Source: Patescibacteria group bacterium (GTDB lineage: Bacteria > Patescibacteriota > Patescibacteriia > UBA10025 > JAHIVO01). From it: 64,000 nt of DNA. This document shows positions 37,658 through 46,158 of the stretch, piece after piece. The position numbers and the translations under genes were made by a program. The notes below the pieces were generated by a model that saw only the letters and a program-made list of their open reading frames with translations, was not told the DNA's origin and did no database searches. The DNA lies in contig JBAZKE010000004.1 of NCBI GenBank assembly GCA_041650915.1, positions 36,179-100,178 of the forward strand, given 5' to 3'. Within the stretch, counting starts at the first letter, position 1. Each line of letters begins with the position of its first letter.

Positions 37658-38015
37658 CTATGGCGGTAAGGCAGGCATTGGTGTTGCCCACCAGCCTGCC
37701 GTTTACCTTTTCTACCACGCCTAAACCTACGCTGTCGAGACTCACGGCCCAATCGGGATGGGCGGGCGGCGCGAAATCGATAAGGCCGTTCGTAGCGATT
37801 CTACACTTAACCACTTCCTTTTTCCAAATGCCCGACCGATTTGGTATGTGAAGGTAGTAATGCCTCCAATAATATTGACCATCAACCAGCTCGGTCAGAC
37901 TCACCGTTACCTTGCGCTCGTCTTCAGTGCTATTAGGCAGATAGCACACAGCGTTACACGGAATCGGAATCATCATGGGCATCATTTCTCCCTGACCTCG
38001 CCGGCTTCGATCCAC
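37614..38015 (-). CDS. hypothetical protein
   Basis: 133-aa ORF. Confidence 0.4.
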   Translation of the reverse strand: MDRSRRGQGEMMPMMIPIPCNAVCYLPNSTEDERKVTVSLTELVDGQYYWRHYYLHIPNRSGIWKKEVVKCRIATNGLIDFAPPAHPDWAVSLDSVGLGVVEKVNGRLVGNTNACLTAIDDLDAAFSDRGGWS

Positions 38016-38036
38016 ACACCCTGCTGGCCCGATTCG
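38005..38036 (-). repeat. degenerate CRISPR repeat (canonical 32-nt I-C type); shares the 13-mer GATCCACACACCC with the mini-array unit at 48530
   Basis: GCTTCGATCCACACACCC versus GTTTTGATCCACACACCC. Confidence 0.45.
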
Positions 38037-38060
38037 TCATTCACGACGGTCCAGATCTGG

Positions 38061-38093
38061 TTTCAATCCACTCACCTTCGTGAAGGTGAGACG
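38061..38093 (-). repeat. solitary hairpin-retaining CRISPR repeat unit
   Basis: GTTTCAATCCACTCACCTTCGTGAAGGTGAGAC: first 12 nt identical to the array repeat; stem TCACCTTC/GAAGGTGA maintained by compensatory changes relative to GCGCCTTC/GAAGGCAC. Confidence 0.6.
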
Positions 38094-38247
38094 TCAACTA
38101 CCTTCGTGGTTTTACGCGCAGGAAGGCTTTATTCTGCGCAACGGCGTACCAACTGTGCTGTTGTCAACACCACGAACGCGGTTCGTTTGTGTTAGTGTTA
38201 CTGTAGCAGATGGTCGGGGAGGCGTCAACAGAAATCGTTCAGAAGGG

Positions 38248-38661
38248 CTAAACCAACGTAATTTTGCGGGCTTTTGCGCGTTCGGCCTTCGGCAGAGTTA
38301 GTGTGAGCAAACCATCTCGAAGTTCTGCTTTGGCCTGTTCGACGTCGACACTGTCGGCTAGTCGGAACTCCCGAGTGAATTTTTCGCTCGTGAATTCCCT
38401 CGAATAGGGCTTATCCTCGGTGGTCTCGACTTTACCCTCGATGGTCAAGACACCGTTCTCGAACGAAATACTGAGATCATCTCGCGCAACACCCGGCAGT
38501 TGTGCCTTGATGACGAAACCATCCGGAGTCTCGTATAGATTGCAGCGTGGTGGCCTGGGACCAGACCTCACGGGCGCATCCAAGAACTCGTCGAAAAGAC
38601 TTCGCGCGGAATCCTGGAAGTAGTAGGGCTTGGTGAAGTAGCGGTCGATCTCGAACTTCAT
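38248..38661 (-). CDS. small heat-shock protein (Hsp20/alpha-crystallin family)
   Basis: alpha-crystallin-domain pattern ...AQLPGVARDDLSISFENGVLTIEGK...; AAGGAG SD before the ATG at 38661. Confidence 0.6.
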   Translation of the reverse strand: MKFEIDRYFTKPYYFQDSARSLFDEFLDAPVRSGPRPPRCNLYETPDGFVIKAQLPGVARDDLSISFENGVLTIEGKVETTEDKPYSREFTSEKFTREFRLADSVDVEQAKAELRDGLLTLTLPKAERAKARKITLV

Positions 38662-38737
38662 TTTTGACTCCTTGCGCTGAGCGCTATTGTGTGCTGCTAT
38701 GGTAAGTCGCGGCGCTGTGCTGTCAAGCACTAAAAAC

Positions 38738-38767
38738 ACCTTGACACTCGGTGCCGTTCTGCTACAC
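38738..38767 (+). promoter_or_regulatory. promoter TTGACA-N16-TACACT upstream of the deaminase gene
   Basis: TTGACACTCGGTGCCGTTCTGCTACACT. Confidence 0.4.
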
Positions 38768-38794
38768 TACAAGAACAACCTGCAAAGTGACGAC

Positions 38795-39172
38795 ATGAAG
38801 GCCCACATTCTGAAGCTCGCGATCGAAGAGGCAGAGAAGTCCACGCATTCCAAGGCGCGTGTCGGCGCTGTGATTTACCGCAAGAAAGCCATCCTATCGG
38901 CCGAGCACAATAAAGCTATTGCCTGGAGCAATCGCCTGGCCCCACAGTTCCACAAGTCCACAAGTCTGGGCATCCATGCCGAGGCCGCGGCAATCCTTCG
39001 CGCCAGGACAGATCTCCGCGGCGCAGAAATCCTCGTCGTCCGCATCGGTCGCACCGGTGTCCTGCGTCTGGCCAAGCCGTGCGCCTGGTGCTGGCTTTAC
39101 TTGCAGTATGTTGGGATCAAATCGGTGACGTACTCAAATGACGAGGGTGGTTTCACTATGCTGCGGATCTGA
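38795..39172 (+). CDS. cytidine/deoxycytidylate deaminase family protein (dCMP-deaminase-like)
   Basis: zinc-binding HAEAAAI and PCAWC motifs; start chosen at MKAHILKL downstream of the promoter (the track ORF begins at 38687). Confidence 0.55.
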   Translation: MKAHILKLAIEEAEKSTHSKARVGAVIYRKKAILSAEHNKAIAWSNRLAPQFHKSTSLGIHAEAAAILRARTDLRGAEILVVRIGRTGVLRLAKPCAWCWLYLQYVGIKSVTYSNDEGGFTMLRI

Positions 39173-39187
39173 TCGTGTAAAACCTAC

Positions 39188-39427
39188 GTGATGGAAAACA
39201 AACTTGCTCCTACTATTCAAACATGTGCCTGTGGCCAGCAGCTTCCTAATGCAGACGAGTATCCTGAAGCAGAGTATACTTGTCCCTGTGGGCAATTATT
39301 TAGAGTTTCTCCTGTGATGGCGGTTAATCGAATTTATAGCCAGATGTCTAGAAACGCCGACGGCACTTGGACATCGACACCAGCGCAACAAGGCGTGTTA
39401 CGTGCCAAATTTTGGATGGCAAGATGA
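39188..39427 (+). CDS. small zinc-ribbon protein
   Basis: CACGQQ...CPCGQ. Confidence 0.4.
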   Translation: MMENKLAPTIQTCACGQQLPNADEYPEAEYTCPCGQLFRVSPVMAVNRIYSQMSRNADGTWTSTPAQQGVLRAKFWMAR

Positions 39428-39681
39428 TCTCAAACTACAGCCACTATTGGCAATTATTCCGCACCATTGGGCCCCATGAGTGGGCTAAACTCATGCCCGT
39501 GCTCGAGGAAATCCTCGTGCAGGCTAAAGCCCAAGGCAAGGTTGAAGAGTTTACCCCTGGACGCCGACGGTCTATCGGCCCACAGTTTCGACGAGACCCG
39601 CGGCTCCGACCGCCTGTCCTTCGTGTTCCAGCGCTTCGAAGCGCAGCAGCAATGCTGCACGACGCGGCGTCAGAGCATTGA
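39422..39681 (+). CDS. hypothetical protein; possible frameshift into 39467..39781 frame
   Basis: The first half looks protein-like and the second half is low-complexity, while the other frame is protein-like in the second half. Confidence 0.25.
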
Positions 39682-39835
39682 TAGCGTCGTGACGACGATT
39701 CTCGCTACCGTGCGCCAGAAACTTCCAGGAGTTTTGTCGATAAAAAGCGATGGTGGCCCGGACGTTTTTATTCTCGCCTGATTCTGCTATTCACGTTAAT
39801 TTTAGATGTAACACGCCCTAGCGTAAGGGACAGTC

Positions 39836-40150
39836 TTGCCTATTTTATACAAAAATTGTGTATATCGCCTTGCGTATCCAACTCGTCCGCCGAGTTGGAA
39901 GATCGCGAAGCGTAGGGTCGTCGACGCAATCAACGCCTTGACTGCTGCGACCAAGAACCGCTCGATTTATTCCACCGAATCGTTTGAGGATTTTGCGCAT
40001 GCCGCCGCGGGCGACGCCGAGTATGTTTGCTATCTCGGTGCCAAGGTAGCAAAAGATTTCGGTGATCTTGATTTTTGGTTTGCAAATTCTTCGTGGCGGC
40101 AACTTGAACACGAATCGCTAGGTTGGCAATTTAGGTTGAATCCGTACTGA
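39836..40150 (+). CDS. hypothetical protein
   Basis: 104-aa ORF. Confidence 0.4.
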   Translation: MPILYKNCVYRLAYPTRPPSWKIAKRRVVDAINALTAATKNRSIYSTESFEDFAHAAAGDAEYVCYLGAKVAKDFGDLDFWFANSSWRQLEHESLGWQFRLNPY

Positions 40151-40165
40151 GCCACTAGGAACATT

Positions 40166-40642
40166 ATGCCAATCTTAATTTATCGTAATGCCATTTACAT
40201 CCCACAACCCGGCACGCCAGTCGAGCAACTTGCAAGTGTAAACCGAAAAATTGAGGCTCTACACAGAGATAAAGACGATCTCATGGCCACGATTTGGCCA
40301 TACGCAGATAATTACAGCAATCCCGAGCACCTGGCCCTACGTGAAGTGCGCCGGGATATCGACGATGAGTTACGGGTTTTGCGCAGACTGAAGCAGGAGC
40401 TGGAAGCGAAGCCGATTGCGGCAGCAGCGCAAAAAGATAAACAATATGTTTTAGATCATTACCCAGAACGCCTTTTGCAATTCTGGAAAAAAGACCTGGG
40501 TCAGACTCCTAACCCCGAGCTTGAAAATGTAGAACATCTGCTCGAGCGTGCCAAGATGTTCGCGAAACCAGAACTCGATGATCTCATCGCAGTCAAAGGC
40601 CTAGATTGGGTCACGGCCTTGGCGGAATCTGTACTGGCATGA
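40166..40642 (+). CDS. hypothetical protein
   Basis: 158-aa ORF. Confidence 0.4.
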   Translation: MPILIYRNAIYIPQPGTPVEQLASVNRKIEALHRDKDDLMATIWPYADNYSNPEHLALREVRRDIDDELRVLRRLKQELEAKPIAAAAQKDKQYVLDHYPERLLQFWKKDLGQTPNPELENVEHLLERAKMFAKPELDDLIAVKGLDWVTALAESVLA

Positions 40643-40842
40643 CGACTAATCAAGAATCCAACGCCGCCCTGCTTCTTGCGGCCGTGCGCCAAATCACCAT
40701 GCGGGTGTCGACGGTTGAGGATCAATTATTGGTCCTATCGACCGACATGGAACAGCGTGGAATAGAAATTGACCAGCTCAAAACTGCTGTTGATATGTTG
40801 CGTAGTGAACTCGTGACGTTGAAGGCTATGTTGCCGAAGTAA
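40606..40842 (+). CDS. small coiled-coil protein
   Basis: 78-aa ORF. Confidence 0.35.
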   Translation: MGHGLGGICTGMTTNQESNAALLLAAVRQITMRVSTVEDQLLVLSTDMEQRGIEIDQLKTAVDMLRSELVTLKAMLPK

Positions 40843-40934
40843 TCCAAGGTTTCTTTCGGACTAGCCGTTTCCCGCCCAATCCCTTTTCTCGTTGACATCT
40901 GCACCCGCGTCTGCTACACAACATCTATGGTAGC

Positions 40935-41729
40935 GTGCATTCCTCCCCGGTTCCCCAGCCCACTGTCGGTCAGCATTGTTTTTACTACCGCGTCGTCGAC
41001 ACAGCAACGGGCAAACCCGCGACATACTTCACGCAAGAACGTCTGGCCATGCTGACGGGTCGGTTGCGCCACGGCGTGGGTCGGGCGTTTGTAGCCGCAG
41101 GCACCAATGACGACTGGGTGCAGAGTTACGTACACGGTCACGGCGTAGATTGGTGTGATCAGCGTCTATCCTACGTAGGATTTCCTGACGTGCAGCGTGG
41201 CGGTGGCGCTTTCGGTCTCCGCGTCGATTGCGCTGCTGTCGTATTGCCGGCCGGAGATGCCAGAGCACTACAGCATCTCCAAGCTGCTGGCCGCCTTGAT
41301 TGCGAAGCCTATGCAGCATCCAATGCTGTCTCGTTCATTCCGACCGAACAACCTGATTTTTGTCGCGTGTTTAACACACCAGCACGCACCTGGACCACAG
41401 TCACACCGGTCGCGCACTTCGGATCTCTCTTCACTGCGGATTGGAAATCTTCGGAATTTCTTACTGGATTGGCTTCCAGCGCGCTGGCACAGATTGATCA
41501 TGATGAGGCAGCGATTGCACGTGTACAGGTCAGGTCGACGCCGTTCTATTCCAGCGTGCTCGACGACATGCTTGGCATTCCGGCCAATCAGTATTTCATT
41601 CCCGTGCACATGCGGGGCAAGTTCTCATTTGCCCACGTGCGAATTGAATTCGACCGCGATGTCACGGGACCTGTACTCATGGGATTGGGACAATTCCGTG
41701 GATTTGGGCTGTTCGCGGGAGGTGTATAA
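40935..41729 (+). CDS. hypothetical protein with C-terminal glycine-rich loop (possible RAMP/Cas5-Cas6-like fold)
   Basis: C-terminus ...VLMGLGQFRGFGLFAGGV resembles the RAMP G-rich loop; no other motif recognised. Confidence 0.3.
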   Translation: MHSSPVPQPTVGQHCFYYRVVDTATGKPATYFTQERLAMLTGRLRHGVGRAFVAAGTNDDWVQSYVHGHGVDWCDQRLSYVGFPDVQRGGGAFGLRVDCAAVVLPAGDARALQHLQAAGRLDCEAYAASNAVSFIPTEQPDFCRVFNTPARTWTTVTPVAHFGSLFTADWKSSEFLTGLASSALAQIDHDEAAIARVQVRSTPFYSSVLDDMLGIPANQYFIPVHMRGKFSFAHVRIEFDRDVTGPVLMGLGQFRGFGLFAGGV

Positions 41730-41744
41730 AATTTCGTGCTTGAC

Positions 41745-41773
41745 GCGACCAATGTTTCGCGCTACACTACAAT
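41745..41773 (+). promoter_or_regulatory. promoter TTGACG-N17-TACACT
   Basis: TTGACGCGACCAATGTTTCGCGCTACACT upstream of 41797. Confidence 0.4.
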
Positions 41774-41796
41774 AGTGAGACAACAGGAACACTAGA

Positions 41797-42315
41797 ATGA
41801 AAACCAAAAATAAGAACCTGAGCATCAAGTTGGGCCAGAAGGAGCAGGCACTGCTGCGCCGAGCAATTCTTCACATAGAGGTGAAACTGGATCAGATTGT
41901 AATTGATCTGGGTTCCGTGGAACTGTTTGGCCAACCGGTGGTGCTCAAACACCACCAGTATGCCGAGGAGGTGGTGCGACAGGCCAAGGCCGTGAAGCGC
42001 GTGGTGCAGTACATGGAGCATATCCTACTGGAGGATCAGCCGTTTTGGCCCATACCCGACATGTCGAAGGACTGGACCTACGCTAAACTCTGGGAGCGAT
42101 ACTTCGATGCTGTTGACCTGCCGTTTGACCGCTACGACCAGGAGTTGCGCTGGTTCGGTAATCCAGACCCCGAGGGCTACCATGACGCAGGTGGTTGGGA
42201 TGGCCGGGCTCTGGAAAGGACGTGGAACGAGTTGAACCGACTCGGCGGTCGTGAATACCGCGTGTGGGACAAGGTGTATCGGAAGGTTCTGCGGTATTTG
42301 AAGCAGTTGAATTAA
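41797..42315 (+). CDS. hypothetical protein
   Basis: 172-aa ORF. Confidence 0.45.
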   Translation: MKTKNKNLSIKLGQKEQALLRRAILHIEVKLDQIVIDLGSVELFGQPVVLKHHQYAEEVVRQAKAVKRVVQYMEHILLEDQPFWPIPDMSKDWTYAKLWERYFDAVDLPFDRYDQELRWFGNPDPEGYHDAGGWDGRALERTWNELNRLGGREYRVWDKVYRKVLRYLKQLN

Positions 42316-42369
42316 GAGCCTTTGTAAAACGGCACCAGGCTCGCCACCTTTTACGGCGATGGTGCTGTC

Positions 42370-43341
42370 ATGCTGAAGTGTCGACTCGTTTCCTATTTGT
42401 CCCCCGAAAAACCAGAAATCCCAACAGATATTCCGGCGTTGTTGGCCGCGTGGGCCGACGGAACCCTCTGCCTGAGCACACGGTTGTACGACCGACACGA
42501 ACGGCCGGCGTACAGCATTCGTCCTGGCGATGTGCCGGCATGGCAAGAGGCTATCCTGAAGGCCACGGAGTGTCTTAGTCTGGCCAAGTTACTCTGTACT
42601 TGCAGTCCTGGTGACCGTCGCGCCTCTGGATTACGTCTCTACACCGACTTCAAACCTTTTACAATTGTTCAAGAAATAACAGTACTGCCGACTGACTTGT
42701 TGGCAGTAGGAGGACATCTGGTTTGTCCAGGTCATACTACCTACGACGAGTACAATAAGACCTACCGTCTATTTTTCAATGGCATCACCTTCCGGTTGAA
42801 TATGGCGTTGCTTTTCCTGCTAGAGCAAAAATCCGCGACGTGTGATATGACACAAATACATGCCGCGCTTGCCCGCGTTGATCAACCCATGATTTTACTG
42901 GGCAGTCCTGCGGGGCTGCTCAGGGCTGGCGTAGGTACTGAATTGGCTATGGACCCCAGCAGTGTTCCTAGACCCACGCTTTACAGCGCAGGCGTTGCAG
43001 CCAGTGCGGACGACGGCGCCGATATTTATGTTCTCGGCAAACTCCGTAACCAAGGCCCCATCACGGTTATTTGTACTGGCGTTCCTGCTAGTAACGCTTT
43101 CGTCGATGTGCCAGACGACACCGTTTGGCTGTTGCCATCGGCCGTAGGTCATGTCAGTAATTCTGGCGTCACGTACGGCAGCCAATCGCGCAGCACTGCA
43201 ATAGTACCAGATTCAGAGCACGGATGCGCTTGGCTTCTTACGGATGATGTCAGCATGGAGCCCCAGGCGCTTAGCCTGAGTGCTGCACAGAGGTTTGAAC
43301 TGATGGTGCATACCGGAGGTACACGCTTTATTGCGGTGTAG
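42370..43341 (+). CDS. hypothetical protein
   Basis: 323-aa ORF. Confidence 0.45.
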   Translation: MLKCRLVSYLSPEKPEIPTDIPALLAAWADGTLCLSTRLYDRHERPAYSIRPGDVPAWQEAILKATECLSLAKLLCTCSPGDRRASGLRLYTDFKPFTIVQEITVLPTDLLAVGGHLVCPGHTTYDEYNKTYRLFFNGITFRLNMALLFLLEQKSATCDMTQIHAALARVDQPMILLGSPAGLLRAGVGTELAMDPSSVPRPTLYSAGVAASADDGADIYVLGKLRNQGPITVICTGVPASNAFVDVPDDTVWLLPSAVGHVSNSGVTYGSQSRSTAIVPDSEHGCAWLLTDDVSMEPQALSLSAAQRFELMVHTGGTRFIAV

Positions 43342-43348
43342 CGTCGAG

Positions 43349-44434
43349 CTACACTGGATATCTGTATTCTTTTTCTTGCCAATTCCTTAGCTTTAATTCA
43401 GTTTCTGTTCTTCCCACCACGTAATCCGGCATCACGGGAATTTTCCCACCGCCTCCGGGCGCATCGACGACAAACGTCGGCACGCCATAGCCGGAAATCC
43501 TACCTCGCAGGTAACGAATAATTTCAGTTCCGACGCTGGGGTCACAGCGGAAATGACTCGTGCCCTCTACGGGGTCGCAGGCGTACAGATAATACGGCCG
43601 GACGCGCATTTTCAGCAGTTTGACCATCAAGAGTCGCATGACCTCGGGGTCGTCGTTGATGTTTTTGAGTAGTACGGTCTGAGATCCCAGGGGGCAGCCG
43701 CAATCTGCTAGCGCATTGCACGCTGCTTCGACCTCGGGCGTGATTTCGGCGGGATGGGTCGCGTGAATCGAAATCCAGGGCCGATATTCTCGAAGCAAAC
43801 CGCGTAAATCAGCGTCTATGCGTTGTGGCAGCACCATGGGAACCTTGGTGCCGATGCGGATCATTTCGACATGCGGAATACGGGAAAGTGACTTTAGTAC
43901 AGTCTCCAGTGTAGAAGTCGTGAGAGTCAGTGGATCTCCACCCGAAACCACGACATCGCGGATTTCTGGGTGATGACGAATATACTCGATGGCCTCTGGA
44001 TTATCCGGGGTATAGCAGTGTTGCCCGACAGACCTAGATCGTGTGCAATATCTGCAGTACGCGGCACAGGAATTAGCGACGAGGAACAACACGCGATCCG
44101 GGTATCTGTGAATTAGTCCAGGGACCGGGGAATCATCATCCTCGCCAAGTGGATCTTGAGCTTCGCCAGGCGAAACGATTAACTCCTGTGTCGATGGGAC
44201 CATTGTTTTATTTAGTGGGTGGTTGGCTCCCAGCCGGGCCAAGAGGTCCGCGTAATACGGTGTGATTCTAGCGGGCAGCTTGACACCATCGGCTGGAAAA
44301 TCAGTAATGGTGTGACGGAGTTGCCAACGCCAGTCGTTCCATTGATTCGAATTTTTAATTTCGTCAGGATAAGGCTGTAGCGTACAGGGCAGGGGGTCGG
44401 GGTCGATTAGTGAGATGTCGGGCGGTTCGGTCAA
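43349..44434 (-). CDS. radical SAM aminomutase, KamA/EpmB (lysine 2,3-aminomutase) family
   Basis: CAAYCRYCTRSR (CxxxCxxC) with upstream HRYPDRVLFLV and downstream VVVSGGDPLTL, typical of the KamA family. Confidence 0.65.
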   Translation of the reverse strand: MTEPPDISLIDPDPLPCTLQPYPDEIKNSNQWNDWRWQLRHTITDFPADGVKLPARITPYYADLLARLGANHPLNKTMVPSTQELIVSPGEAQDPLGEDDDSPVPGLIHRYPDRVLFLVANSCAAYCRYCTRSRSVGQHCYTPDNPEAIEYIRHHPEIRDVVVSGGDPLTLTTSTLETVLKSLSRIPHVEMIRIGTKVPMVLPQRIDADLRGLLREYRPWISIHATHPAEITPEVEAACNALADCGCPLGSQTVLLKNINDDPEVMRLLMVKLLKMRVRPYYLYACDPVEGTSHFRCDPSVGTEIIRYLRGRISGYGVPTFVVDAPGGGGKIPVMPDYVVGRTETELKLRNWQEKEYRYPV

Positions 44435-44496
44435 CGTGGTCTCCTTTCAGGGTTTGGACAAATATAAGGTGATGCGAGCGGGAGGACGGGAACTAA

Positions 44497-45960
44497 TTAC
44501 TGATTTGTTTTTGTCTGTGCGTGTTTAATTTCTCTATAGATGTCGTCGGAAATTAGGCTATTGAACACACGTTGTTCAGTTTCCCAGTACTCTGCGCTTT
44601 TCCGGTCTGCTTCGGCCACGCTAATTTTTTTGCACGCTTGCTCTTTTATCTGCTTTACTTCCTCGCGTCTTGCCATTATGCCGTCTAGGCTATACTCTGC
44701 CGTGTTTGCTGTATCGTCTTCAACGAGCAAGGCGCAAATGAGTTCATGCGCTAGGTGTTCGGTTTTTGTCAGCTTAGCCTCACCTAGTTCTGCAAGCTCA
44801 AATCTGTTCCAGTTTTCGCGTTGTCCTGGTGACAACTTTGCCCATAGTTTGCTAAGCTGTCCGCTGTCTTTGTCCAGCCCCAGTCGGGTGAATTCAGCTT
44901 GGCATTTAGCATACCTAGTTTCTGCGGGTGTGCAGGTGCCGTCTAAGTAGTGTGAGGAAACCGCCTGGGCTAACTCCATTACGTGGAGGAACATCGCGCT
45001 GGTATCCAAAATCGGGTCAGGTGGCAGTATTTTGATGCTTTTGGGGTTGATACCGTTTTGTTTGCTTTTGCTGATGCAGAGTTCCATCCCTTTTTCCGTG
45101 CCGTACCGCGCGATAGCGAAGCTCAGTCGGGATGTTTCGTCTACCTCGGCGTTGTGCACGGGTTTGTACAAACTTTGATATTTTTCAGGTATTAATTGCC
45201 ACACCTGTGTGCATAGGTCGGGGTTGAGCTGTAGTGTTTCTAGTTTGTCTTTGAGCTGCTGCTGCACGGTGTCTTTGTCATAGTGGTCCCAGTGTTCACA
45301 TCGGTCTAGCAAAAAGCTCAGGGCGCGCTCTGCATCAGTCCTAACATTTACAGTGCTGTGCTTTACACTTGGGTTACTATATTTTTCGTGTGTGGCTTCT
45401 TGGCTTTGGTGCCTTGTGCGCTGCCTTAGATCTTCAACTGAAGGGCTGTGTCCCGGCTCCGGTGTAAGTTTTCCGTCTAACTTGTACTTTACGATATTTT
45501 CAACGATCTGTGCGAGCACATGTGTGCTGGGGCATTCTGCTTTATGCAGCATAGCCATACGATCAAATTTGACAAACATGTCGGGTGAAGTCCAAAGCAA
45601 GTTTTTTATTTGCGTTGGTGTAAAAGCTAGTTTTTCTACGGCTCCGGTGCAGTGAGTACTTAAATCAGCCCTGTTGTTTTTGTGCTGTTCCACTAGCGCG
45701 TCAATAGCCGCATCTAGCCGTTGTTCGTCTGCGTCGAGACGTTGCCCGTATGTGTCAACCCGCGCTTGTTTGGCTTTTTCGCGTTCCCCATCCCAATGTT
45801 GCTCTTTCACAAAGACATCGAGTTCCCGGGCAGTCCGGCGAAATTCGTCCGGACTGCATTCGGCGTCGTTCTCTTGGCACCAATCCGAGAAGGCTTTCAA
45901 GGTGTGTGCGAGTGCGGCGCGGCGGTTTTGGCGGAATACAAAATCGGTTTTGTGTACCAT
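44497..45960 (-). CDS. hypothetical 487-aa protein (AT-richer than neighbours), adjacent to the distal end of the CRISPR array
   Basis: long ORF; start set at the ATG with ggag SD (the ORF track begins 12 nt upstream at a TTG). Confidence 0.5.
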   Translation of the reverse strand: MVHKTDFVFRQNRRAALAHTLKAFSDWCQENDAECSPDEFRRTARELDVFVKEQHWDGEREKAKQARVDTYGQRLDADEQRLDAAIDALVEQHKNNRADLSTHCTGAVEKLAFTPTQIKNLLWTSPDMFVKFDRMAMLHKAECPSTHVLAQIVENIVKYKLDGKLTPEPGHSPSVEDLRQRTRHQSQEATHEKYSNPSVKHSTVNVRTDAERALSFLLDRCEHWDHYDKDTVQQQLKDKLETLQLNPDLCTQVWQLIPEKYQSLYKPVHNAEVDETSRLSFAIARYGTEKGMELCISKSKQNGINPKSIKILPPDPILDTSAMFLHVMELAQAVSSHYLDGTCTPAETRYAKCQAEFTRLGLDKDSGQLSKLWAKLSPGQRENWNRFELAELGEAKLTKTEHLAHELICALLVEDDTANTAEYSLDGIMARREEVKQIKEQACKKISVAEADRKSAEYWETEQRVFNSLISDDIYREIKHAQTKTNQ

Positions 45961-46085
45961 AGTAATCTCCAACGGCCCGTAATTGGGCAGTTGGGTTTTA
46001 CATGTTTTACTTGGATGTGAACACGACGCTGCACGTTAAAAAGGTGGCGACTATCCCTCAGCCTCGATCTCGTGGGCTACGTTCT

Positions 46086-46121
46086 GTTTCAACCTCGCGC
46101 CATCCTCGAAAGGACGGCAAT
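46086..46121 (-). repeat. degenerate terminal CRISPR repeat beyond the array's distal end
   Basis: GTTTCAACCTCGCGCCATCCTCGAAAGGACGGCAAT versus consensus; flanked by a duplicated 19-mer CCGTAATTGGGCAGTTGGG at 45977 and 46134. Confidence 0.45.
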
Positions 46122-46158
46122 ATTCCCAACGATCCGTAATTGGGCAGTTGGGATTTTA

